Below the pieces are notes generated by a model. The model saw only the letters and a list, made by a program, of their open reading frames with translations, had not been told where the DNA came from and searched no databases. From NCBI RefSeq assembly GCF_006345805.1, contig NC_043011.1:64740464-64804463 (forward strand): 64,000 nucleotides of DNA, given 5' to 3'. Position numbers and translations under genes: made by a program. Source of the DNA: Octopus sinensis. Lineage: Eukaryota. Positions 51,456 through 64,000 of the stretch are shown in pieces. The first letter of the stretch is position 1; the number at the start of each line of letters is the position of its first letter.

Positions 51456-52342
51456 TATATGAGTGTGTGTGTGTGTGTGAAAAAGAAAAAAAATAATTAA
51501 ATTTATATTTCGTAATCAATCTATTGAAACAAATCCAACAAATCAATTATTTCATTCATACTCTGCTTCGTTTTTAAGAATATTATTAGAAGGAATTTTA
51601 TATTCATGTTATAACAGTGCCATATACGAGGGCGTCTGTCCTACAGGCAAGGTTGATGCAGTCTTGTTTCCCAGATCTTTAATTCGCTTAAACAACCGGG
51701 CGGCAACCTGACTTCTTGAGCAGAATTGCTTATTTCAATTACCTCCAATCCACTCCGAGCCAGTGAGGTGGCATTATTCGAAAACTGCAACATTATGAGC
51801 ACAGTGAAAGTTTCAATGCAACCGTAAATTAGAACATCTGTCAATTTGTTTGATAGAGGGAATTACACTATGATGTATTCTATGTGAATTTATCTTTATA
51901 TAATCAATGTTTTCCCATAAATATTTCCTAACCACTATAATGTATGTTTGTATTATTAAATACATCATATATTCATGTTAATATATGTAACGTATAGCTT
52001 TCCCTAAATTTCAAAAAGCCCATTATCCACCTGGTGTTGTTCTTTCCTCAACTTTATTCCCTGTAGACAAGAAATTGTTTAAGACCCGTTGTATTCGCAG
52101 TACAGGAAAGATGATCATTTTTTAAATATTTTTGTTACTATGGAATTATTATTCAGGGAGATATTCATGTAATCCTGTTTAATATCAACCTATACTACAT
52201 GTAATACAAAATAAGGAAAATATTTTTGTGTTTAATTCGAAAGAGACAGGTATAAGTACATTCGTATAAAAATATGCATATCTCTAAGACTTTTTAAATT
52301 TTCATTTCAGCAGCTTGCGTTGATTTACAACAAGTTACAACA

Positions 52343-53046
52343 ATGAAATGTTCTTTATGTATATTCCTTTTACTCGTTGGTAAATAATTATTTGTAGTTC
52401 TTTTGCATGTATTAATTGATATCGCGGAATACATGTGTGTGTCTGTGTGTGTTTGTGTAAGTGTGTGCGTGTGTATGCATGTCTTTGTGTGTTTGAGTGT
52501 ATGTGTGTTTCCGTGCGTGTGTGTGAAAGTGGATAGTTGCGTATGTTGGTGCCGACACACCGCGTAACGCCCTGTGACCGTACCCCTTCGAATCTGCAAT
52601 TTAGCCGTTCGGAATAGGGGACCGATAGTGTAAACGTTACTTTGAAAAGTATGTTCTGGTGTCGGTTTACTGAAGAAAGTATTTCAATGTTGTTCCCAAG
52701 CATCCAATGACTGAAATAAATAAACAAAAATATAGTTTAATATTGAATATCAAAACCTTCTTTCAATTTATAGGTGTTGCGATGTCAGACTATTGCTACG
52801 ACTCAGCCGAAGAATTTTGTATTTCTGCTATGAAAAACACGCCCGAACGTAAATCCAATCAGTACTACTACTGCATGTAAATACGCTTGTATTACTACAA
52901 TTACACTTTCTAATATTTTTATATATAAATGTATAAATTCAATATTTAGATATTCACAAAAATGTATTAATATTCATTTTATATATGTAAATATAAATAT
53001 ATTTCTCTCTATCCATCGATCTATCTATCTAGTATATATATATATA

Positions 53047-53128
<82 letters not shown>

Positions 53129-53156
53129 AATACACATATATATCCATATGTGTGTG

Positions 53157-53236
<80 letters not shown>

Positions 53237-55818
53237 CACATATTATATATGTGTGCGTATGCATATGTATATATACATATTTATATATTTATAATTATAT
53301 AGTAATATCATACATTTATAATATTCATAGATTTATATCTGCATAATGATATTTCATAAAATTTTGTCCGGTTTTAGGATGTTAGCTTTAATTGTTCTGA
53401 AGCAGATTAGCCTTACATCCATTCTGTGTTGATAAAATGAGTACGAATTGAACAATGGGGTCGATGTAATCGATGAGCCTCACCCGCCAAATTGTTTTCC
53501 TCGTGCATAAGTATGAACCAATAAGTTCTTATGTATATGGTTATATATCAAAAGTTATGTATCTATAAAGATATATGCATTATATCGAACTCTATCTACT
53601 ACTACTTATCAGTAAAGTATACAGGATGCTAAGTGAAATTGTGGTGCTTCAATTTGGTATATATGAACAGCAAATATCTAACCATAAAAAGAATTAATAG
53701 AACATGTCTCTACTGAATTGAATATAGGTTCCTGCATACATGAAATGTCCACACTTTGGAATGAACATTGTATGCATATGTACACATGGATGTCTACAGT
53801 ACACTTTCCTTCCCACATATAGAGTAATGATAGGGCGGCGAGCCGGCAGAAACGTTAGCACACCGGGCGAAATGCTTTGCGGTATTTCATCCGTCGTTAC
53901 GTTCGGAGTTCAAATTCTGCTGACGTTGACTTTGTCTTTCATGCTTTCGGGGTCGATAAATAAACTACCAGTTTCCAACTGGATTCGATATAGTCGACTT
54001 AATCCATTAGCCTGTCCTTGTATGTCCCCCTATGTTTAACGCCTTGTGGGCAGTAAAGAAATATATATTAAAGTAATGATCTCTTGAGAGCATTCCTTTT
54101 TTTTATCTAACATTTATTCTGTCAAACCTGCAAAATCCGATTAGTGCCCACATGCATTTCAGCTATGAGGAAGCATAATGTTTAATATTTCTGGTTCTAA
54201 CAGTGTCTGAGCGGAGATTTGAAGTTGGAAATTTTAGTCTATGACTTCAAGTTAAGAGCTTACCTGGATCTGACATTCTTTATCATGTAAAGAAGATCCC
54301 GCTCGTAGAGCAAGAGATAATTAAGCAATTAATTTTATTTTGGGGTTCTAACGATTTTTCCGAACCATCGACTTAATGTAGAGAATTTGATGATTGATTC
54401 TAATTTAGGTACAAGGTCAGCAATATTTTATTTGGAGATTTTTAACCCTGACAATAGAACCAAAAATGGGTTAAATAAATTCGACACCAAAGTTTCACCT
54501 CGCTAGTATTTGATCACAGGACAAATCTAACAAGAATATGCAGTATAGTTAATTCTTACCGGCCCTAAAATGATTCCATAAAATAAAATAATACCTTCAA
54601 ATTTTGGCACAAGACCATCGCTTTGTAGCTTATGGAGACCCGCTGATCACATCTGCGACAGGATCTGAAATGAACAAAAATTGCGCAAGTCAGGTTGATC
54701 TTGATGGTCTTTGAATCCAGAAAGTGTAGAGCCAGAAGAAATGTTGTTATCCACGTATGTCCAACGCTCAAATGATCATGATAGTATTCACCGTTATATA
54801 TGCAAGGGAAATAATCCTATGATGAAACGCTTAAAGGCCTGTAATTTTGGAGCATGGAGCTTCTCGAATCCATCGCCCCCAGTGTTCTAATAGTAATTTG
54901 CTTTGACCGATGTATGAATGGAAAAATCGTCTTGCACAGTATTTCAAAATAGAAAATGAGGGTGCCGTAACGCCACTAAACATTTTCTCTTATACTCTAA
55001 CTATTCTGCCAAATCCCGGCCTTAAATAATACCAGTCATTTTTAAGCTATTTTAAAAAAAAATGCAGCATAAAATAATAACTATTTTATGTCATAATATG
55101 GAAGTTAAAGAATTCTTGATTTTATATTACAGAATTTCGATAATTTATATGACATAATATTACCTGATATGATTTTTAAAATGTTTCTCTCCTAATTTAG
55201 TCGCTTAAAACAGTACGCAAAGTGTTTTAAAGGAACGTTGGAGGATTGTAATGACTACTTAAAGGGAATGTATAAGAGTAATTACTGTGGTATGATATTT
55301 TCTTTACTTATTATAATATTCGCATAAATAGTTAATCAACGATTTGTATTAAATAAATAATTTTGTATTTATCATAACGGATTCGATTTCCCATTGAATG
55401 AGTTTAGTATTTGATGAAAAATGAGAATTTACCAATTTTTGTTAATTACTTAATACATGACATTCAGTTCGACATAACGATAGACACAATGTATCATTCG
55501 ACTACACTGAAATCCATTAATATGTTGTTATGGAGTGATAACCAATTAAAAGTATTCGTTAACTAGTTCAGTTATAAGCAAAACACGTGGGGACATGGAA
55601 GTTAATGTAACAAAGACTACTGTTATGCATTTGGGGTTTGTAGACACAGTTCTTAGAAAGCTTGTAAATGTGTGGAGTAAAAGTCAAAGATTACCTGAAC
55701 ATCATAATTTCTATCTACCCTAGACAAAGAAATTGCAAAGTACAATGCTGTTCCTTCGCCCCGTTTTCAATCACTACGCATCTTAGTATTGGTTGTAACA
55801 ATATCGCTCTTGATGTGA
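52343..55818 (+). CDS. Paralog C: spliced gene for a 107 aa Cys-rich protein with signal peptide and GPI-signal-like tail
   Basis: Exons 52343-52379, 52774-52876, 55201-55289 and 55724-55818 are GT-AG, phases 1/2/1, total 324 nt. Protein: [107 protein letters not shown]. Confidence 0.9.
53833..54063 (+). mobile_element. tRNA-derived SINE (same family as 35563) in intron 2 of paralog C
   Basis: Collinear similarity to 35563-35800. Confidence 0.85.
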
Positions 55819-56050
55819 TGGCATGCCGTCTCAGCTGATCTTCATGTGACTCACGTAAGAATATCCATCAATATATAATGGTTTCTAAAGTTGTATAGGT
55901 TCTTGCATTTTAAACACACCAGACGTTTAGATTATAGTGTAAAACAGGCAAAATTTTGAGAGAAACTATATGCATTAAATCATCATTGAAATATACTTCA
56001 GTGTAATATATTGCGTGATTTTAGTCAACATTTATCATTTTTTTTGGTAC

Positions 56051-56357
56051 GTGGAGGCATATGGCCTAGTGGTTAGAGCGGCGGACGCGCGGTCGCGGGA
56101 TCGCGGGTTCGAATAAGGGACCGGCGATTTGTGTGTTAATGAATGAAACACCTAAGCTCCACGCGGTTCTAGCAGAAGGTAATGCTGAACTTCTTCTAAC
56201 TTTCTCACCACAACTTTCTCTCACTCTTTCCCCCTGCATCTTGCAGCTCACCTGCGACGGACCGGCGTCCTGTTCAGGTGGGGAACCCTTACGCCAAGGA
56301 AACCGGAAATCCGGCCCTCATGAACCAGGCGTGGCTCGAGAAGGAACAAACAAGCAT
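56051..56357 (+). mobile_element. tRNA-derived SINE (same family as 8473-8765)
   Basis: ggaggcatatggcctagtggttagagc...gggttcgaat; body matches the reverse complement of 8473-8765. Confidence 0.85.
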
Positions 56358-58635
56358 TTTTATTGCTGATATCATTTAGTGCGAAACAAACGACCACAAT
56401 AATCATGAATTGATATTGAAATTTATTTCTAAAATTTGAGAAAGCCTATGTTAAGATACATATCGTACAATGTTTCTAAGCAGCTGCACTGAGCTACCGA
56501 CGACAATCTATTGATAGGGCTGCAGGAGATCAATACATAATGGCTGTAGTCATTCATGTATATATTACCTATGTACACTTTCACAGGCATTTATGTGTCA
56601 TGTTCTATCTTACTTGTTCTGTATTATTACAACACACACACACACACACGCACACAGATACTTTTCCTTTAAGAAAATATCAACAAGAAACGTACTCTGC
56701 CTAGTAAGACATACATGTTTTAAGTACACAGAATATAGTTATGAGCTTCGAAAAATTTCATGCATTGAAGATATTATCGTTGCAGGTTTTTACATACGCA
56801 AAGATGCTTCGAAAACTTCTTCATGGCACCTGGCCAATGCACTCCAAATAAACAATAGAACAGAATAAATCATGCGAAAATTTAGATGGACATGGGTTTT
56901 AAAATGGTGACAAGAACGAACACAGAAAGTACAAAAGGGAAAAAAGAAGAATAAGATATATGTCCCTTTTGACTGTAGAGACGTAAGGCAAGGCGTTGTG
57001 TAATTAAACGACGGAGTTTAATATCTGAGATCGAATTGCAGAATCTACAGAGTCTGTTGTTCTTCGCGCTTACGTTTACTGGAAATTTCTGATGAGGCAT
57101 GCAAGAGAACAGTCGTATTCTGCGACCTTTCATCGATGCATCACACTTGTTTCTTTCCTTAAGATGCGGCATGCGTTTTCCTGGAGTAGATCGGTGGATA
57201 GCATAGTAACTTTTGAAATCACCTCCACACAAACCAAATCTACTACTTCTTCTCGCCCCGAGGAGCATTTCGATGAAGGGGCTAGGTCGATTATATTAAT
57301 GCTATTGCTCAGTTGGTACACATTTTATTAACCCTAAAAGGATGAAAAGCAAAGTCATTCGCGGGGCAACGATTGAACTCGGAACGTACAGACAGAAGTA
57401 ATACCGTAATCATTTGGCCCGGCATAAGTAACAACTCTTACCACCATAATCATAGAACAATATAAATACGAGACTTCAACAATATCATATTATGAATTTT
57501 CTTTAATATATGTACGCATATGTTCTACACAATGGCAATATCTTTGTGCTTTGTGTGTTTATAGATACACACACACACACACAAACGCACACACACACAC
57601 ACACACACACGCTCATTCACATACTCACAAATACACAGACATACAGATATGTATTATTTATGCACATTCTTTTGTCGATTGATATATTATCCGTAAACAG
57701 GCAACGCATTTACGCTTGCAGATTCTTGCCAAGAGAAATGTCCGCTGTAACATTGATGTCAGCGTTATGGCCAGTTATATGCTATGGAAGACATTTACTT
57801 CAGTTCAAATATAATATTTAACCGCTTTGTTTCTATACTTAGTGTGCTCTTTTCCTCACATTATAGATAACTAACTGATAATATATATGGAGGTGTATAT
57901 TTATTTTATTTGCTTGATATCTTCAAGGAAGATATTTCAACACACATTTATTCTTCTTGCAGATCAGACAACAAAAAATGCCAGGCAAAGCTGTGACCAT
58001 TGCGGTTTGGAGTAATAAATACTTAAACCAACTGTGTTATATTTTCGATATGATCGGATATCGCATTCGGGATTACATACATCCAAATATATACTGGTGC
58101 ACATCGTGTCACTAGGATTAAATCCAAACTTTTATATTAGGAAAAAAGATATTTCTATGTCATTGACTCCGATGGATTTGTTTCAACACAACTGACGCTA
58201 TAATATAGATAGCTATGTGTGTATCTATTTAATGCACGTCAGTTATCTATCAGCACCTTCAACTTTTCTTCGTAAATTTCCGGAAGCGTTCTTCATCCTG
58301 AAATAATGAACTGCCAAGTAATAGCAACAACTATCTAACTGTATTTATTGTATTTTTGGTCGTCCATCACCTTGGCTTTTAAAATTGAAACAAAACTGAA
58401 GGGCATTGATATAATTGAGATTATGCTTCAGGAAGATTATAGCACATACATACATATAAACACACACAAACACACGCACATGTGTGTGTACGTATGCACA
58501 TATGAATGTACTTATTCATATATATATATGACAAGTACACGTATAGATACACAGACGAAAGAAAACGCTGAATGACACATCTACATATGTATGTGCATGT
58601 ATGTTTGTGTTTGAGTGGTATGTATGTGTTTATAT

Positions 58636-58733
<98 letters not shown>

Positions 58734-59145
58734 GTGGGGTTGTATGTGTGTGTGTGTATGGAGAACAGACATCATAAACGCATGCATGCATCTTTACATA
58801 TACATATTATAATTGTTGTAGTGCAAAATTAATAAGTTGTGTTGAAATGATGTTCACTGTTAAAGGAATGGATTCGCAAAGCTTCCTCTAACGTGTAATA
58901 GCACCTAAAATTATACGACGATGTAGCTCACACTGCGTAGTATCTTAATTATGTGTCTCATGAATTCTTTATTGTAATTTATTGCCTTTTATTTAATTCT
59001 ACTATCATTCAAAGAGAAAACTATATTCTACATATAATTATATGATTCTTCCACTCAATAAAGAGCTCCAGTTTCTTACATTCGCATTTATTGTTTCCGC
59101 TCTTTCCGGTTCAGTGTCTTTATGAACTACAACTCTTATTTCCTG

Positions 59146-59209
<64 letters not shown>

Positions 59210-59343
59210 TACATATATATATATATGTGTACTACTAGTATTACCCGGCCTTGCCTGGGATTAAGTTACGATTATTAAGCTAATCAAGTTCTTTATTTCA
59301 AAACAAACTAAGTAATATAGACGTCATATTTGGGCGAAATCTG

Positions 59344-59580
<237 letters not shown>

Positions 59581-59639
59581 GGGCAACAGACACGAACACA
59601 TATACACCGTAGCTATACACCGGTCCCACCGTTCATACC

Positions 59640-60330
59640 ACTTACGATATTCTCTGTATTATGACAACTTTGTAAAAACGGCTAAGTTTGAGCTGCAATT
59701 TCATTGAGGAGAAGCGATGAAGTTCAGCCGCTGCTATGTCTGGAGTGTAGTGAGGACGCGAACAAGATACCATGTTGTTTTTGCTGACATACTCTGTTTT
59801 GTTTAGATAGACTGAGAGCTCAGTGGCAGGGTGTATAGACATCTTGAAGAAAGCAATACCTCGACTTCCACCGACCAAGTCGACTCTGCCGAAGCTTATC
59901 ACTCAAACACTTCAAAACGTCGTTGTTTGTCCTGCAACAGTCTCCTGTAGAAGGTGATGAAATTTCTCCTCCTTTCTCCGGTGGTGAGAAACGTGGCAAG
60001 TCGTCCATACAACTCATGATCCTCTGAGGATGTTCTACCAGATTTAGAGCGTCCAAGTTGCATGAAACATTTCAGAGGTAAGCTACAGAAAGCATACTCA
60101 ATGCCTCTCTAGCAGACTTCCTAATGTAACGAAAAATCTTACGAAGCTTCTTACTTCTAACTTCATCTCCATGACACAACTGCTGTTTGCAGCATACCCG
60201 TTATCAGAAAAACATAATTTGTTGCAATTTGGGAAATGAACACAGCATTGTCTCTCGACAGACCGCCTCATGGAAAATGCTGCTAGCTCTCTCTTTGCAC
60301 GAAACCAAGAGATAATCCGGAAAGTTTTTG
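59640..60330 (-). mobile_element. Possible decayed Helitron Rep fragment
   Basis: Weak ordered resemblance only: NSSCVME (cf. NSPCM), DDLPRFSPPEKGG (cf. DGYP.YRRRSP.DGG), FFKMSIHPATELSVYL (cf. F.IH.R.PAV..L.VHL). Confidence 0.3.
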
Positions 60331-62149
60331 GTACCATATCTTATCGCCAAGTAACTTGGCCAAGTTTTACTTCTTTACATTCATGCAATATGAGACGTAA
60401 CATTTTGCAGAACATATTGAAAATGAATTCAAGTATGAATACAGTATTAAGACAGTTATATGACGATAAGAACCTTAAAAAAAAGATATGATGTGTTATT
60501 AGTATCATATCGATACACATAGCATTACGAATTTAATCTATTGTTAATTTTGAATATTACCAAAACAATATTGACAGAATATTCTTTACCGTCTAAATTT
60601 TGATTCACTTTACTTCACGTACGTTTCATTGTGGCTTACATGTTCACTGTCACAAGGATAAAAATGAAACTTAAGTTGGGGCAATGAAGTACGCAAAACA
60701 GGATTTAATAGAAACAATAAAGCGGATTGCCTTTTCCATTCCTTACACCAGTCACAATATATAATCACACACAGAGTTATACATTTAGGTGCATACTAAA
60801 AATATATAATAATGCACACACACACGCACACACACACATATACACACATATATATATATATATATATATTTATGTACGCATCTATGTTTGTATGCATATC
60901 TATATAACCTTATTTTCAAAAATTCATATTGCAAGAAATTGACGTAGAGTATAATTTGTAATTTGTTTATGAAAACTGTGGTTATAATTTTTAAACTGTA
61001 AACTAATTATTTATATTCGACTACTGAAGTCTGCAGGAAAATTCAAGCAGGAATGCATTTTGGCGACGTCACACATCTTCTTGAATTTATTATGTGTCCA
61101 ATGTGCCTAACAGGAACCATACTATACGTAACATTACAAATGTCAGACTTGATAACAAAATATCAGATGACAAAATATCAACTTTTTTATATTCATAAAA
61201 AAAAGTTTAAAATTTAATCAAGGTTATCCGCCAAAAAAGCATAACGGGCGAACATTTTCATGTAGATTTTCACTTATATTATTATAGAGCAGACGTGGCT
61301 CTATGGTAAATGTCTTGTTTCCCAACAACATGTTTGTCGTTTCAGTGATAGCTTGGGCAAGTATTTTGTACTTATTTTTATACTCCACAGTAGACGATCA
61401 GTTTTGTCGAATGAGAGAAAAAGAATGTAAGTTATAGACTGGAGTAGGAAAAGCCTTGGCTACATATATTCCATGGTTTGTGGAGCTTCGGCAGTGGTAA
61501 AATCCAATTGAGGTGTATATCGCCAGGGATATCTCGATTTTATTACAGTTTACGTTGCCGCGAGGAGGTAGATGTCGACGCAAAGAAGAGCCAATCAGAA
61601 TGTACGGAGGGCACAATATGAGAAAGGTATATAAATGTAGGGAGAAATGAATGACAGAAGAGGGGGAGGATGAAGAAAAACTAAAAGGGACAGAAAGGAA
61701 GGAGGTATTGGGAGAGGTTTGCTGACTTGTAGCTGACAATATATTAGTTTGGCTAAATCACAAAATTCAGGGATTGGTACTTGAAGATGGTGATTTAACC
61801 AAATGGCTAAATATATAATTGCTAATATATATAGACTCGTCAGAGTCAAGACTATTGAAAAAGTTTGCATGAAATAAGAAATAAGTGGAAATTTTAGCAG
61901 TTAGTGAGTTACATAATAAGGCAAAAAAGAAAATGATTCTCCCCAGACACAACAATATATATATATATGCATATATGTTTTGGCTTTACGAACATATATA
62001 TGCAGGCTTGTATAGTAGTGCATATACAAAAGTAAATGTATGTTTGCTCATTGTATATTTTTATATACATATATTTCATTCTCTCACTTTTTCTTCAGCA
62101 TTCACTGTCACATTAGCTAATACAATAAACATCGTCTACATTTAGAAAC

Positions 62150-62871
62150 GTGATCATTATATCATATTAATCTTCTCTAACTTTTGGAGTTTTATTACTG
62201 ACTTGAGTAACCCCTTGCTATACGATTTCCTCTACCTTAATGACTTCCGAACATATCACGCCTCGTCACACTCCTCAGATATATTCCTTCCTTGTATTCT
62301 TTTCACCTTCAATACCTCCACCACTCCTCACCCAGAGCCCTCGTATTATCATGACCACCATCTAACTCTCCTTTTTCAGTTTCCCTTCCCCTTTGTGTAT
62401 TTATTTCTTCTCACATCGCCTATTCATTTCGGCCATTCTCCTCATTTTAGCATACATATCTCTTCTTTCCTTCTTTCTATCTACGGAATACTACCACTAT
62501 GTTATCGAAATTTCATTCACACAACGAAACTACTTGAATGAACAGTAAATGGAATCTACGTCTCTACACTCTCCATTTGTAATAACAAAATATGAACCAT
62601 CGGAATTAAAATAAAACGGACGAGAAGCATTTCTACCATTTCTACACACCACCATCTTCGGATAATGGAAGAGCAACTATAAACATCCTACATATATTTT
62701 GGTTTTTACTTCTATTCTATCATTTCCCTTAATACATCTTATTTCCATTATTTTTCCAGATTATTATTAATATGGAAATCTTATATTGAACTATATTTCC
62801 CCTCTGTGTAACTCTCTCACATCGTCTCTGATGAAGCAAATTTCCTAATATCCAAGAAACAGCTGTTAGAC
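62150..62871 (+). mobile_element. Probable Penelope-type terminal remnant ending in a degenerate hammerhead-like motif
   Basis: GTCT-CTGATGA-A...GAAA-CAGCTG-TT-AGAC at 62824-62871; stem II does not pair. Confidence 0.4.
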
Positions 62872-63756
62872 TAAATTTCTATTTATAACTGTCCTGAAAA
62901 TGTCACAGCTCCTCGACTTAGTTGTCTCATTTTAGCCAGCACGCACACACAGAGAAATATATATATATACATATATATATGTATGTGAGTGTGTGTTTAT
63001 ATATATATATATATGTATATGTGTGTGCATATATATATATATATATAAACACAGATAGATACATATACACACACACACACCGATGTCCGCGTCTGTATAT
63101 TTAGTTTTTATGTTTTGATATATGTACATGATCATTAGAACACCCAAGGAGAGTCGCATAAATTCAGTTGTCATGTCAAACATAAAATAATTCCTCATAA
63201 TAAATACCAAGTGCATGGTATAAAATTTATAGCAGTTTTAAAGCAATAAACATCTGTTTCCTGATATTTATTTCTCAATGACGAATTTGCATGGAGTGCA
63301 TGGTGCATCGTCAAAATCCTGCGTTTGGAACATCTAAATTCTTTTCGCTAGTTAGACGCTGTTTCATAAACTTGCCTGCCAAACTGGCAGATAGATTTTG
63401 CATGAGAGAGTATAATACCAAAATCCGAGAAGAAAGAAATGCCATCACGCTTTTTGCGTACCTAACAAAAGAGAAATACACGCAACGTAAATATGCTATA
63501 GAATAAGAGTTTTTGAGAAACCATTTCCACAAAAACTTGCTTACCATTCAAATGCACACACATAAGGATGATTTTAGCTCCACACATTGGTTAACCATAT
63601 GACCAGAGAGGATAGCACCGGCCATAACAATGTCGTTGACGACAGACATACTGGCACTGACGGACCAATGCGCCATTAAGATAACGTTAACATTGGTTAA
63701 ACCGACAACATGCCCAAGCCCGGACCCTGCCGCAAATACATCAGGAATGTGACCAG

Positions 63757-63819
<63 letters not shown>

Positions 63820-63929
63820 TGGGCCAGCAAAACATTCAAGCGATATGTCACCTCTGTGGCTGAAAGAATCACACACACACACATACACGTGTCAAAGTGC
63901 TGTCATCTGCATGTTGGCTCTCCTCCTGC

Positions 63930-64000
63930 AACTCAACTTGATTTCGAGCCGGGTCGTCTGCTGCTGGAGAGGACCGATCATGTAAAGGACCTGGGAATCT
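63930..64000 (+). mobile_element. Start of a CR1/L2-like RT fragment at the window edge
   Basis: LLERTDHVKDLGI motif. Confidence 0.4.

Noticed and set aside
63350-63460. Minus frame VRKKRDGISFFSDFG... resembling a prohormone cleavage site
   Set aside because: The frame is closed immediately in both homologous blocks (21.0k and 42.5k) and needs a phase that does not match the upstream donor.

Overview
AT-rich animal genomic DNA, dense in microsatellites and transposons. The tRNA-derived SINE families and the (TA)n/(CA)n density resemble octopus/cephalopod DNA, but that assignment is inference. The main content is missed by the ORF track: three tandem, intact + strand paralogs with four coding exons each (A 6399-10166, B 28706-36080, C 52343-55818). 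They encode 105-107 aa proteins with a signal peptide, a six-cysteine domain (C-x7-C-x16/17-C-x8-C-x7-C-x12-C) and a C-terminal hydrophobic GPI-anchor-like tail. I do not recognise the family. Exon lengths and intron phases are conserved, while the mature domains are only about 47% identical (A vs B). A conserved block upstream of B and C recurs at the window end, which suggests a fourth paralog beyond 64 kb. The rest is decayed transposons (CR1, R4/Dong, Tx1, Penelope-like with hammerhead-like motifs, Tc1, mariner, hAT), several long inverted-repeat elements, a ~180 bp tandem array and a 14.5 kb-offset segmental duplication. All alignments and counts were done by eye.
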